64,000 nt of DNA from a bacterium (GTDB lineage Bacteria > UBA8248): NCBI GenBank assembly GCA_965200245.1, contig CBDATS010000004.1:416001-480000 (forward strand), given 5' to 3'. Below the pieces are notes generated by a model, which worked only from the letters and a program-made list of their open reading frames with translations, had not been told where the DNA came from and searched no databases. A program made the position numbers and the translations under genes. Position 1 is the first letter of the stretch, and every line of letters begins with the position of its first letter. Positions 18,987-29,804 of the stretch are shown one piece after another.

Positions 18987-20831
18987 TTACGCCGAAGCGG
19001 CGGATTCTCGTATTCGCTCGAAAAACGCCTTGGCGTCATCAGGCAGGGATGTGAAGCGCAGCATCAATCTCGTCCCATTTGCCTCCACGACCTTTGCGTA
19101 GACATCTGAAACGTCGGCCTCACCCACGCGCAGCATGAGGTTCGCGTTCTTCCCGAAGGGGCTCTCAGACTCAAGTTCCATGCAATTCTCGGAAACCCGC
19201 CTGATTTCCGCCCCAGCCGCGTCTTCGGACACCTGCTTGCCCTCGACCGGAAAAATTCGCACGTTCACGGGTGATTCCAGGCACACAAAGGTCTCGGGAT
19301 CAGTTTCAGGCATCTCGCACGCATAAGGCCCTGTCATGCCCCGCACCTCGTAGACGCGAACAGGATATTCCAGACCCTTGAAACGCAAATCCTGTGTCTC
19401 GCCGATTTGTACGAACTCTACCATCTGCTCGTAGGTATCGGCGCTGATGAGCACCTGCCCGCTCACGGTGTAGGACTCGATTCGGTAGGCCATGTTGATG
19501 GGTGTACCCATTGCCCCGTATTTCGTGCGTTTTTCCGAACCGATATTACCGACGATAACCTCGCCCGTGTTGATGGCGATCCCCATGTGAAGGTCGGGCA
19601 TGCCATGCGCGCGCTGTTCTTCGTTGATCCCGACAAGGGCGCGCTGCATCTCCACGGCACAGGCCACCGCCCGGACCGAATCGTCGGGCGCAGCGAGCGG
19701 TGCTCCGAAAAAGGCGAGAATCCCGTCTCCCTGGAACTCGTCCACCGTGCCGTGGTATCTGGTGATAATGTCCACCGTCGGCTCCAAGAAGCGGTTCACC
19801 ACATTGATGACCTCATGCGGCTCAAGGCGTGAGGAAAGCGCGGTAAAACCCCGCAGGTCCGAGACAAGAAAGGTCACCTCGCGCACTTCGCCGCCGAGTT
19901 TCAGCCCGTCTGGTGAACTCAGGAGTTCGTCCACGATCTCCTTGCTGATGTAGCGCCCGAAGGTGTCGCGGATGAAATCGCGCTGCTTCAAGCCCTCGAT
20001 CATGCCTTCGAACGAGGTGGCCAAACGGCCCACCTCGTCGTGGCTCCTTTTCGCGGGAACGGTGACTTCGAGATTTCCCCTGCTCACCTCTTCCGCCGCG
20101 GAGGTCAGTTTCGTGAGCAGACGCAGCATACGTGAAGAGACGAGCCAGAACAGGATGAGACCCAGCGCGATCAAAATGATTGTGAAGCGTAGCAGTTTGA
20201 AGGTATTCGACCCCACCTGTTCGGCCACGGGATTCGCGATCTTGTTCAGCATCAGTATGGCCACCACCTTGCCGTTCAGCTTAAGCGGCGTGTTGAGTTG
20301 CAAGAACTGATCAAATTCCCGGTTCCCTACCTTTCCGCCAAAGAGTCGGGAGCGCATCATCTCGCCCTTGTTCCAGGTGTCGTTCGTTGCCTCATAGGTG
20401 GCAGGAAATGTCCGGTGAAGCTGGACATCCTGACCGATTTGGAACCCACCGTGCGCCGCGGCTACGTACTCGTAGCTGCCGTTGGGGCGTCTGCGCATGA
20501 TGATGGCATTGTCCACGCCCGAGATGCGCTTGATGCGCTGAAGTACAGCAAGTACTTCCCTGTACTCGGCCGTATTCTTGTCGGATTGAAGCCGCAGGCT
20601 GTGGACGGCTTCGGAATCTATCAAAACGGTACCCCGCTCGGCGAAGAACTCAAGCCTGGCCGAGAGCACATTGAGTTCGTAATTGTAACTCGACTGGTAG
20701 TACCTGTAGGACATCGGAACGATGGCGACGATGAGGATGAACAGGACGAGGATGAGGCTCTTGAAAACGATGGAACAGTAAAACCCATGCTTCGCCTGGG
20801 CTCTCGACTCTGGGTTGTCGGATTCGATCAT
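18987..20831 (-). CDS. Membrane class III adenylate/guanylate cyclase with periplasmic sensor, HAMP and C-terminal PilZ-like barrel
   Basis: Two TM helices, HAMP (DEVGRLA..F), SDLRGFT, FQGDG, GNIGSEKR, NMAYRIE. Confidence 0.9.
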   Translation of the reverse strand: MIESDNPESRAQAKHGFYCSIVFKSLILVLFILIVAIVPMSYRYYQSSYNYELNVLSARLEFFAERGTVLIDSEAVHSLRLQSDKNTAEYREVLAVLQRIKRISGVDNAIIMRRRPNGSYEYVAAAHGGFQIGQDVQLHRTFPATYEATNDTWNKGEMMRSRLFGGKVGNREFDQFLQLNTPLKLNGKVVAILMLNKIANPVAEQVGSNTFKLLRFTIILIALGLILFWLVSSRMLRLLTKLTSAAEEVSRGNLEVTVPAKRSHDEVGRLATSFEGMIEGLKQRDFIRDTFGRYISKEIVDELLSSPDGLKLGGEVREVTFLVSDLRGFTALSSRLEPHEVINVVNRFLEPTVDIITRYHGTVDEFQGDGILAFFGAPLAAPDDSVRAVACAVEMQRALVGINEEQRAHGMPDLHMGIAINTGEVIVGNIGSEKRTKYGAMGTPINMAYRIESYTVSGQVLISADTYEQMVEFVQIGETQDLRFKGLEYPVRVYEVRGMTGPYACEMPETDPETFVCLESPVNVRIFPVEGKQVSEDAAGAEIRRVSENCMELESESPFGKNANLMLRVGEADVSDVYAKVVEANGTRLMLRFTSLPDDAKAFFERIRESAASA

Positions 20832-20948
20832 TCTCGCGTCTCCTGCAGCGGCTCCTGCGAAAAGTATACACCACCGGAGCCTGCGAGAAATCCTGGAATG
20901 TGTGTCGGCCCCCCCACTCCCCTGCTTGCAGAGGCGGAAGTAACCGAC

Positions 20949-21959
20949 TTACGCCGTGCGCTTTTTCCCCACGTAGTCGAGCAAAACGGCGAGGATAATG
21001 ATCCCGCCTACGGCCAGCAGTTGCCAGTCTGCGGCTATACCCAAGAGATTCAGGCCGTTTCGGATACAGGCGATGATAAGCGTGCCGATGACGGTTCCGA
21101 TGACGCGCCCCTCGCCACCCAGCAGCGAGGCGCCGCCGATGACAACCGCGGCAATGACGTCCATCAGGTCGAACATGCCCATGATGGCCTGAGCGGCCAT
21201 CAAGCGCGAGGCCATCACCACACCCGCGAGCGCGCCGCAGAAACCGCTGAAAACGAGAACGAACAGCTTGACGGCGAAGACGTTCACGCCCGCGACACGG
21301 GCGGCCTCCTTGTTACCACCCACAGCATAGATGTTCGTGCCCAAAACGGTTCGCGAGAGAATGAGGTGCGCCACCAGAAAGACAACACCCATGATGACGG
21401 CCGCCGAGGGGAATGGGCCGACGTAGCCTTGGCCCATGACGCTGAACGCCTCGGGCAGGCCGAAGATGGACTGCTCGCCCGTCAGAATGAGCGCGCCGCC
21501 GCGAGAGAGACTGTCCATCGCCAGCGTGAGGATAAAGGCGGGAATCGCGAACCAGCCAACGAACAAGCCGCTCACCGCTCCCAGTGCAACGCCGAGGAAC
21601 AGCGTGGCGATTACAGCCGGCAAGATGGGCACACCGTATTCCTTGAGCAAAAGCGCTACGACCACCGCACCCATCGACTGGATGGAGGCTACCGACAAAT
21701 CGATCTCCGCACAGATAATGACGAGCGTGAGACCCGCCGCCATGATGCCGATGTTCGACGACTGGAGGAGGATGTTCATCATGTTCGATACGGTGAAGAA
21801 GTTCTCTGCCGTAATCGAAAGAAAGAGGATCAACAAGACGAGCGCAAGGATGAGACCGTATCTGGAAAAGCAAGACGCGACAAGAGAGGGGATGTCGTAT
21901 CTCCCCTTCCCTTCAGCGGCAGAGTCCCACCCTTTCTTTGACTTCACCTCATCGCTCAT
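20949..21959 (-). CDS. Sugar (CUT2/RbsC-type) ABC permease
   Basis: EIDLSV, IPAFILTL, YAVGGNKEAARVAGV, IAAVVIGGASL.GG. Confidence 0.92.
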   Translation of the reverse strand: MSDEVKSKKGWDSAAEGKGRYDIPSLVASCFSRYGLILALVLLILFLSITAENFFTVSNMMNILLQSSNIGIMAAGLTLVIICAEIDLSVASIQSMGAVVVALLLKEYGVPILPAVIATLFLGVALGAVSGLFVGWFAIPAFILTLAMDSLSRGGALILTGEQSIFGLPEAFSVMGQGYVGPFPSAAVIMGVVFLVAHLILSRTVLGTNIYAVGGNKEAARVAGVNVFAVKLFVLVFSGFCGALAGVVMASRLMAAQAIMGMFDLMDVIAAVVIGGASLLGGEGRVIGTVIGTLIIACIRNGLNLLGIAADWQLLAVGGIIILAVLLDYVGKKRTA

Positions 21960-21984
21960 CGTACCCTCTCCGGCTAACGCCTCC

Positions 21985-23571
21985 TCACGCCGCCGTGCTC
22001 GTCGCATGACGCATGATGGTCTCCGCGTCAGCGTCTTCTCTGAGCACTTCACCTGTGATGCGGCCTTCATTCATCACGATGATGCGGTTGCAGATAGCCG
22101 TGACCTCGGGCAGTTCGGAGGATATCACGATAATTGCCACCCCGAACTGTGCGAGTTCCTCAAGTATGCGGTAAATCTCCACCTTGGCCCCCGCGTCGAC
22201 GCCCTTGGTCGGCTCGTCCAAAATGACGATGCGCGCATCCGTGGAAATACCGCGCGCGAGTAGCACCTTCTGCTGGTTCCCGCCGCTTAACTGGGCAACC
22301 CGATCCGTCAAGGAGGCAACCTTGATCCGTAGCCTCTCCACATAGTCTTGCGAGAGGCTGCCCGCGCCCGCGGCGTTGATACAGCCCGGAAAACGGGTGA
22401 GTCTCCGTGAGCGGCTCTCCCTGCCGAAGTTGAACAGGGTAATAAGCAGATTCTCCAGCACAGAAAGGAGCGGGAACACACCCTGGTTCTTGCGATCCTC
22501 GGTCAAGAAAGAAAGCCCATGGCGAATGGCGTCGCGAGGCTTGAGGATTTTCACCCGCTCACCGTCGATGAACACCTCGCCCCCGTCTGGCTGCTCCAGA
22601 CCGAAGAGCGCGCGAAACAAATCCGTGCGGCCTGCACCGACGAGTCCAGCGAAACCCAGTATTTCGCCCGCCTGAACGCGGAAGCTCACGTCGCTGAACA
22701 CACCCGCCCTCGTGAAATTCCTGACTTCCAAAATTTCATCGCCCACCTTGCCGCTGATCCTGGGGTAGCGTTCGCTGAAGGTGCGTCCCGTCATCATGCG
22801 GATGAGAGTGTCAACGTCTGTATTCTCCGCACCGATTGTCCCGACGTTGCGTCCGTCGCGCAGGACAGAAATACGACCGCCAACAGCCAAGCAGTCCTCC
22901 AGCGTGTGGGAGACGTAGACGATGCCGATGCCACGTGCCTTCAACCTTTCGATGACTTCAAACAGCGCCTCTTTCTCATCGGGACCCAGGGACGAGGTGG
23001 GTTCGTCCATGAGAATGACTTTCGCGTCAAAGGCCACCGCCTTGGCGATCTCGAGAAACTGCATGTCCGATAGACTTAGGGAAGAGACCTCGGTGTTCGG
23101 GTCGACGCTGAGTCCCAACTCGGTGAATATCTCACGGCAACGCCGTTCCATCACCCCCACATCACGAACGCCCAGTTGGCCAAGCAGTCTGTTTTTGCTT
23201 CTCAAGTCGCGGCCCAGAAAGAGATTGCTCTTCACGTCCATCAGCCGCACAAGGCTGAGTTCCTGGTGAATGACGCTGATCCCCATTTCCCGTGCGAGTG
23301 CAGGGGAACTTTTCTCGATCACTTCTCCTTCGAAGGACATCTCGCCGGTATCTTTTTCGACGACGCCCGAGATGACCTTGATGAGCGTCGACTTGCCCGC
23401 CCCGTTCTCTCCCAGAAGTACGTGGACCTCGCCAGGACGCACGTCAAAGTTCACCCCGTCGAGCGCCACGACACCCGGAAACCGCTTGCCGATACCGTGC
23501 ATGTCGAGAATGGGGCGCTCCTCTGCAACCTCAGGCGTGGATTCTGGAAGATGAGAGGGGGATGAGGCCAT
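21985..23571 (-). CDS. Sugar ABC ATP-binding protein (RbsA-type, two ABC domains)
   Basis: GENGAGKST, MDEPT, LSGGNQQK, DEPTKGVD. Confidence 0.95.
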   Translation of the reverse strand: MASSPSHLPESTPEVAEERPILDMHGIGKRFPGVVALDGVNFDVRPGEVHVLLGENGAGKSTLIKVISGVVEKDTGEMSFEGEVIEKSSPALAREMGISVIHQELSLVRLMDVKSNLFLGRDLRSKNRLLGQLGVRDVGVMERRCREIFTELGLSVDPNTEVSSLSLSDMQFLEIAKAVAFDAKVILMDEPTSSLGPDEKEALFEVIERLKARGIGIVYVSHTLEDCLAVGGRISVLRDGRNVGTIGAENTDVDTLIRMMTGRTFSERYPRISGKVGDEILEVRNFTRAGVFSDVSFRVQAGEILGFAGLVGAGRTDLFRALFGLEQPDGGEVFIDGERVKILKPRDAIRHGLSFLTEDRKNQGVFPLLSVLENLLITLFNFGRESRSRRLTRFPGCINAAGAGSLSQDYVERLRIKVASLTDRVAQLSGGNQQKVLLARGISTDARIVILDEPTKGVDAGAKVEIYRILEELAQFGVAIIVISSELPEVTAICNRIIVMNEGRITGEVLREDADAETIMRHATSTAA

Positions 23572-23678
23572 GTGCAAGTCTCCCCGCCGGGTCAGCCCGA
23601 GGATCGGGTGGCACGGACATACGCAGTTTCCGCATCAACCAGAACACGAAAATCCACGTATCCTGCCCGCTCGCGCCG

Positions 23679-24884
23679 CTATATCACCAGCGGCTCTTTG
23701 GGAAAGGCCGTAAAGGAAACGCCGCCCTCTTTCGTGACCTGCACCATATCCTCGTTGCCGAACAGATAGGTGTTATCGACGGCGATGCGCGGCTCGACAG
23801 CGAGTACCATGTTTTCCTGGAGAGGGAGTTTTTCGATTCCCATGTCCGGACGCTCATGGATGTCCCACCCCAGGCCGTGGCCCAGGAACCTGTCCCACAA
23901 ATCGAAACCGGCGTCGCGGGCCATCGCCTCGGCAGTATCGACGAGCTTGCTAGCCACGACACCCGGCTTGGCCTCGTCTATGACCTTGTGCTGAATCTCA
24001 AGAATCGTCTCGTAGGCGCGCCGGTGGATATCCGTCACCGGTCCCATGGCGCGCGTGCGCGAGGAGTCGACCGGATAACCCTCGAAGCGCATGCAGATAT
24101 CCCAGTGTACGACGTTGCCCCGCTCGATGGCCTTGGCCGGGCTGGGCATGTGCAAAAGCGCACCCGCCACCGGATAGCCACTGCAGATGAGGCTCGGCGA
24201 AGAACTGCACGAGTCCTCGTAAATCGGGTCGGCGGAGCGCATTGTGTGCTCGGCGGCGCGGATGAGTTCCAGTTCGGTCGTGCCGACACCCTCCCCACCC
24301 AGGATGGCCGCGACGGTCTCATGTCCCAAATCCGCCACGCGGCCCGCCTTGCGCATCATTTCGAGATCGAAATCGCTCTTCACCATCCGCAGTTCCTCCA
24401 CGATGGTCGAGCGCACGATTTCGATATCCGGGAATATCTCCTTCATCCCTGCGTAGAGCGGGGCCGGGAACTTGTCGAACGTCTCAATGCCGACACGTTT
24501 CACGACGCCCGCATCGCGGATGAGTTTTTCGAGGTTCTCGACGGAGAGACCGTCTCCTTTTTTTGCCGAAAAACCCTCTCCCGCCACGATGCGCGGGACG
24601 CACACCTCGCGTGTCGGCATGAGGCCCGGATCGACCATGAGCGCGGGATCGTCTGCCTGCGTGATGAAGGCCGCCCCCCCGTCGACGATGGAGGTCTCCG
24701 TGCTCGTGAGGCTGATCCATCCAGCCCGGTCGGGAAAGTAGTCGGTAAGATAGCGCAGGCTGCCGGAAAGCTTGTTGTTCCCATAAACGATCAAGGCGTC
24801 ATATTCCCGAACTGCCATCAACCGCCGGGTATTCGCCAGCCGCCTGTCGATTTCGGCCTGGAGTACGTCGCGTGGAATGGGCAT
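23679..24884 (-). CDS. M24 (Xaa-Pro aminopeptidase/creatinase fold) metallohydrolase
   Basis: LRMVKS..E, WD..., DSSRT, GHGLG..HE, VEP, NED metal-ligand set. Confidence 0.88.
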   Translation of the reverse strand: MPIPRDVLQAEIDRRLANTRRLMAVREYDALIVYGNNKLSGSLRYLTDYFPDRAGWISLTSTETSIVDGGAAFITQADDPALMVDPGLMPTREVCVPRIVAGEGFSAKKGDGLSVENLEKLIRDAGVVKRVGIETFDKFPAPLYAGMKEIFPDIEIVRSTIVEELRMVKSDFDLEMMRKAGRVADLGHETVAAILGGEGVGTTELELIRAAEHTMRSADPIYEDSCSSSPSLICSGYPVAGALLHMPSPAKAIERGNVVHWDICMRFEGYPVDSSRTRAMGPVTDIHRRAYETILEIQHKVIDEAKPGVVASKLVDTAEAMARDAGFDLWDRFLGHGLGWDIHERPDMGIEKLPLQENMVLAVEPRIAVDNTYLFGNEDMVQVTKEGGVSFTAFPKEPLVI

Positions 24885-24966
24885 GTCCGTCCCCCTGGGC
24901 GAGCGGACACGCGGAGAGACGGGGTGTCAAAACCCAGCCTTCTTCCGCGGTGCCGCGCCAGAACTC

Positions 24967-25917
24967 TTACTTGATTCCGGCTTTGAGGTTCTTTCCGACC
25001 GCCTGAAGCAGTCTCGTATCGAGCGGAATCGTTCCGGTGTCGATCGTGTATTTGGACTTGTCGTCCTTATCCATTGCCACGTCGACGCCCGTGCGCACGA
25101 GCTGCTTGCCGACGGAATCGCAAAAAGTCAGCACTGTCGCCAGCATGTTGCCACGATAGACTTCCTGCATCGCCTCCTCGACGCCGTTGAAGCCCGTGAC
25201 AATGATCTTGCCGAGCTTCCCGCGCGCCTTTACTGCCTGGAGCGCGCCCAGGGCCATGTCGTCGTTCACGGCGATGATGGCCGAGATATCAGGATGCGCC
25301 GTCAGGATATCTTCGGCTTTCTTGAGTCCCTGCGCGCGGTCCCAATTGGCCGCCCACGTGCCGACCACCTTGATACCCTTGTACTTGGCCAGCGTGTCCC
25401 TGGCACCCCTTTTCCGCAGGATGCTGGACATGTTGCCCGGCACGCCTTCCATGAGCGCGACCTTGCCCTTGCCACCCAACTCCTCGGCGACGGCCCTGGC
25501 GACCGCTGACTGCCCGTAGTACTGATCCGGCCCGACGAAATGCCGCGCCACGCGCTTTGCCAAATCGTCGGAATGGATGAGCACGCGGATACCGTTTTTC
25601 TGTACCTTCTTGACCGTCTGCACCATCGCGTTGGGATCGATGGCGCTGAATGCGAGAACGTGCACGCGCTTCTGGATCAAGTCGTCGATCATCTTGGTCA
25701 CACCGATCAAGTCAGTACCGAGGGCACCGCTCAATACCGTGAGCTTGACGTTGGGATGATTCCTGGCCTCCGCCTCGGCGGAGCGTTTGAGACACGCGAA
25801 ATACGGGTTCCCAAGCGTCTCCACCACAATGCCGATCTTGATCTCCTTCGCGAACACGGGCGACGTGAACCCGGCGAACGCCGCTACTGCTATACTGATG
25901 ACTATCATGCGCTTCAT
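24967..25917 (-). CDS. Sugar ABC substrate-binding protein (RbsB-like)
   Basis: Signal peptide, NPYF, ANWDR, NDDMALGA, GFNG. Confidence 0.92.
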   Translation of the reverse strand: MKRMIVISIAVAAFAGFTSPVFAKEIKIGIVVETLGNPYFACLKRSAEAEARNHPNVKLTVLSGALGTDLIGVTKMIDDLIQKRVHVLAFSAIDPNAMVQTVKKVQKNGIRVLIHSDDLAKRVARHFVGPDQYYGQSAVARAVAEELGGKGKVALMEGVPGNMSSILRKRGARDTLAKYKGIKVVGTWAANWDRAQGLKKAEDILTAHPDISAIIAVNDDMALGALQAVKARGKLGKIIVTGFNGVEEAMQEVYRGNMLATVLTFCDSVGKQLVRTGVDVAMDKDDKSKYTIDTGTIPLDTRLLQAVGKNLKAGIK

Positions 25918-26100
25918 AGACTTACCCTCCTGGTTAGACTATTACCCGGCAAGCAATCGCATCTTCCATGCACATTTTCGAATTTTGGTGATGGAGAAAA
26001 TGATCACACACTGGTCGCGGATCGTCAAGCAAGGAAATCGGCGGCCCCAGTCGGAAGATATGCGTCGGGCCTTCCACACCCACTACCGATGAACGTTTTT

Positions 26101-27846
26101 CTATTTGGACGGGATAACCGGCAAGAGCACGTGGGATGGATGGTCGGGGCCGGTGTGGACCGTCACGTCGCCGCCGAAAACCTCGGGAGGTCTGTTCAGC
26201 GAATCGTTGTGGCGAAACGGTCCCACACCCGAGAAAACGGCGGGCATGTTCGGAAGCCCCGCGGCGACGCCACCTGGATAAACGTAGTCGCACCCCCTGA
26301 TGCTCAACGCGAGACGATACCCCCTCGGTATCACGATGCAGGTCGGCCATATTTCCACGTCGAGTTCGTATATTTCGCCCGGCGTCAAGGGTTGCACCTC
26401 GTCGTGCGCGTGGTAGGGACGGTATGGCAACGTGAGAACTTTATCGAGCTTTCGATGCGAGGCCCTGAGCCATCCCTGAACCACAGGGGTATGCGGGTCG
26501 AGCGCGCCCTGGAAAGTGACTTCCCTGAAGTCGGGCGTGAAGATTCTGAGAACCAGGAACAGATCGGCGTCATCGGACGCAGAGGACACCCACAACTTCG
26601 ACGCCATGGGGCCCGTGATCTCTGTTTCGCGTTTCAAGGGAGACGAGACGAACGTGACGCCGTCGCTCAAGCCTTTGTAGGTGGCAGAACCCGCCTCCGG
26701 GGGCTCAGTTTCGCCGAGGAGGTGTCCTTCTGTATGGAGATACAGCTTCGTCCAGTTCGTGCGCTTGAGGGGCCACTCGTTCTCCGCACGTTCCACGAAT
26801 TTTTCCCCCGGATGGCGCACCTGCAGCAGGACTCTCGGCTGATCTTTCCAGCCCGTGTCCTCGCCTTTCAGGAAGTGGCCAAAGAATTTCTTCTGAAGCG
26901 CGACACCGTAACCGGTGTAAAATTCCGTCCAATGCTCGATGCCGTGGCTCTCCAGCCATTTTTCCTTTGAAGCCGCGCGCATGAATGCCTCGCAGTTTCC
27001 CCTCGGGTGAAGCCCCTGGCCACCCCAGTTGTTGGAAGACAGGAAGGGAACCTCGACTTTTGACCAATCAGGCGTCTTCGCCTTCCAGTATTCATCATCG
27101 AGCGGATGCGCGCGCATCTCCGCGCCCAGAGGGCAGCGATTGGCACCCAATTCTTCTTCGCTCAGCGTATCCGGCCCCGAGACCCAATCGCCCGTCACCC
27201 GGCTCTTGTAACCGCGCTCGCCCAAACCGTGCTGTTTGGAACACGCGCGTCTCGCGTACCAGTTCTCCGTGAACGTGCAGTAGATGCCCCCGTGATAGTT
27301 CATGTCACGGTAGAAATCTGCCGCTCCCTCCCAGGCGCACATGGCGACGAGATGCGGAGGTTTCAGGCACGCGACCTGCCACTGGTTGATGGCGTAATAG
27401 GAGATGCCGTTGGTCCCCACCTTCCCGTTGCTCCAGGGCTGTACGCCTGCCCATTCGATACACTCGTAAAAATCACGCGTCTCGCGCTCCGAGAATGGGT
27501 CCATATATCCCGGCGAGCGGCCAGTGCCTCTTGAATCGACGCGCACGCAGGCGTAGCCGTCCGGTACCCATTTCTCCGGATCCACCACCTCCCAGTTCTG
27601 GTATTTGTTCGAAGAGCCGGCAGCGACATCGGGGTGTCGTTCCACCATGCGGCGCCACTGATCAGGATAACCATCCTCGAAATGGAGCCACTTCCCGTAA
27701 ATCCCGTATGTGATGATCACGGGATAGCGTCCCTCCTGGGCAGGTCGGAAGACATCGCAGCGCAACACGAGGCCATCGTCCATCTCGATGGGAACTTCCC
27801 AGTCGATCCGCATGCCGTCGGCTATTTCCGATTTACGCCCTCTCAT
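26101..27846 (-). CDS. CocE/NonD (S15) family hydrolase, paralog 1
   Basis: DSRG.G.S.G, WSNGKVG..GISYY, HPRGN, GWLRASHR, EIWPT. Confidence 0.92.
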   Translation of the reverse strand: MRGRKSEIADGMRIDWEVPIEMDDGLVLRCDVFRPAQEGRYPVIITYGIYGKWLHFEDGYPDQWRRMVERHPDVAAGSSNKYQNWEVVDPEKWVPDGYACVRVDSRGTGRSPGYMDPFSERETRDFYECIEWAGVQPWSNGKVGTNGISYYAINQWQVACLKPPHLVAMCAWEGAADFYRDMNYHGGIYCTFTENWYARRACSKQHGLGERGYKSRVTGDWVSGPDTLSEEELGANRCPLGAEMRAHPLDDEYWKAKTPDWSKVEVPFLSSNNWGGQGLHPRGNCEAFMRAASKEKWLESHGIEHWTEFYTGYGVALQKKFFGHFLKGEDTGWKDQPRVLLQVRHPGEKFVERAENEWPLKRTNWTKLYLHTEGHLLGETEPPEAGSATYKGLSDGVTFVSSPLKRETEITGPMASKLWVSSASDDADLFLVLRIFTPDFREVTFQGALDPHTPVVQGWLRASHRKLDKVLTLPYRPYHAHDEVQPLTPGEIYELDVEIWPTCIVIPRGYRLALSIRGCDYVYPGGVAAGLPNMPAVFSGVGPFRHNDSLNRPPEVFGGDVTVHTGPDHPSHVLLPVIPSK

Positions 27847-27873
27847 TGCATCCCTATCATCTTTGTTCAGGAA

Positions 27874-29622
27874 TCATACTTCAGGGGGAATCACCGGCAA
27901 CAATACGTGGGATGGATGCGCCAGGCCAGTGTGCAGCGTCACCTTGCCGCCGAACAGATCTGTCGGCCTGTTTTCTTTCAAGTCATGTTTGAAGGGCCCC
28001 ACCCCGTAGTAGACACGGCCCGATACCCTGGGTGCCGTCGGCTCATAGCCGGGCCAGACGTAATCGCGCCCCCTGATGCTCAGCGCCAGGCGGTATTCCC
28101 TGGGGATCACGATGGAGGTCGGCCATATCTCGATGTCGAGTTCGTATATCTCACCCGGTGTAAGCGGCTGTACCTCGTCGTGCGTGTGGTAGGGCCTGTA
28201 GGGGAGCGTAAGGTTTTCATCGATCTTTCGGTGCGAAGCCCTCAACCAGCCGATGGCCACGGGCGTGTGCGGGTCGTTCGCACCCCGGTAGACGATCTCC
28301 GTCATGTCCGGCGTGAATACGCGCAGGGTAAGGAACAGATCCGCGTCCTGGGTATCCGATGAGACGAACAGCTTGGCCGCCACGGGTCCTGCGATCTCGG
28401 TTTCCTCGACGAAGGGGTGCGAGACGTATGTGAGACCGTCGCCCAGGGCGTCGTAGGTCTTCGTCCGCTCGTTCGTCTGGGGTTCGGGCCGGAAGGTGCC
28501 CGAACCCGAATGCAGATAATATTTCGTCCACTGCGCGCGTGCGATAGGCCATTCGTTCTCCGCGCGTGCCACGAATTTCTCTCCCGGATGCCGCACCTGG
28601 AGCAAGACTTTCGGCTGATCCTCCCAGCCGGTGTCCTCGCCCTTGAGGAAATGGCCGAAGAATTTCTTCTGAAGCGCCACGCCGTAATCGGTGTAAAACT
28701 CCGTGAAATGCTCCAGGCCGTGCATCTCGAGCCATTTCTGATCCGTAACCGATCGCACGAAACCCTCCGTGTTGCCTCTGGGGTGCAGCCCGACGCCACC
28801 CCAGTTGCCCGCCGACAAGAGCGGTACGTTGATTTTCGAGTAATCAGGCATGCGTTGTTTCCAGTAATCATCCACGAGGGGATGATCAAGGATATCTCGT
28901 CCGAAGTCGCTTCTGTTCGAAGCGAGTTCCTCCTCGCTCAGGTTCGCGGGACCGGAAATCCAGTCGCCGTTCAGGCGGCTTTTGATGCCGCGTTTTCCCT
29001 TGCCGTGCTGGCGGGGAACGACGGCCTCCCTGTACCAGGTCTCAGAAAACCGGCAGGCGATGCCCCCGTGGTGCGCGAGGTCGCGGTAGAAATCAGCCGC
29101 TCCCTCCCAGACGCACATGGCTGCCAGGTGCGGCGGCTGGAGAGAAGCCACCTGCCACTGGTTCATTCCGTAATAGGAGATGCCGTTCAGCCCCACTTTC
29201 CCGTTGCTCCAGGATTGAACACCCGCCCACTCGATACAGTCGTAAAAATCCCTGGTCTCGCGAGGAGACCATACTTCGAGATAGCCCGGTGAGCGACCCG
29301 CACCCCTTGAATCCACGCGTACACAGACGTAGCCGTCGGGCACCCATTTTTCGGGATCGACGAGTTCCCAGTTCTGGTATTTGTTGGTAGTCCCCATGAC
29401 GGTTTCGGGATAATCGTTCACCATCAGGTTCCACTGGTGGGGGTAGCCATCTTGCAGATGAAGCCACTTTGCATAGGGACCGTAGCTCATGATGACGGGG
29501 TATTCGCCGTCATCATCAGGCCGGTAGATGTCGCAGCGCAGCAACACACCATCGTCCATTTCAATAGGCACGTCCCAGTCGATGCGCATCCCGTCTCTTG
29601 CCTCGCTCTTGTACTCGTTCAT
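27874..29622 (-). CDS. CocE/NonD (S15) family hydrolase, paralog 2
   Basis: Same motifs as paralog 1; tandem duplicate. Confidence 0.92.
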   Translation of the reverse strand: MNEYKSEARDGMRIDWDVPIEMDDGVLLRCDIYRPDDDGEYPVIMSYGPYAKWLHLQDGYPHQWNLMVNDYPETVMGTTNKYQNWELVDPEKWVPDGYVCVRVDSRGAGRSPGYLEVWSPRETRDFYDCIEWAGVQSWSNGKVGLNGISYYGMNQWQVASLQPPHLAAMCVWEGAADFYRDLAHHGGIACRFSETWYREAVVPRQHGKGKRGIKSRLNGDWISGPANLSEEELASNRSDFGRDILDHPLVDDYWKQRMPDYSKINVPLLSAGNWGGVGLHPRGNTEGFVRSVTDQKWLEMHGLEHFTEFYTDYGVALQKKFFGHFLKGEDTGWEDQPKVLLQVRHPGEKFVARAENEWPIARAQWTKYYLHSGSGTFRPEPQTNERTKTYDALGDGLTYVSHPFVEETEIAGPVAAKLFVSSDTQDADLFLTLRVFTPDMTEIVYRGANDPHTPVAIGWLRASHRKIDENLTLPYRPYHTHDEVQPLTPGEIYELDIEIWPTSIVIPREYRLALSIRGRDYVWPGYEPTAPRVSGRVYYGVGPFKHDLKENRPTDLFGGKVTLHTGLAHPSHVLLPVIPPEV

Positions 29623-29804
29623 CTCTCGCCTTTCCATGAAGAAAAATGGAAATCACCGTCGGTGATGTGCTCTAGAGGATACCTGGAATATAACCGAGCG
29701 AAGGTACGGCGTCCAGGGTTGGGAGCTGATGCGGTGAGGGGTCTCCGGCCGTCACAACCTCAGGTTCGTGAACAGTATTTTGCAGGTGAAGATGACAGAA
29801 GGTT

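Noticed and set aside
20298-26970. Long plus-strand ORFs (547, 470, 476 aa), and the 740-aa ORF at 60328-62550
   Set aside because: Antisense shadows of well-supported minus-strand genes in high-GC DNA
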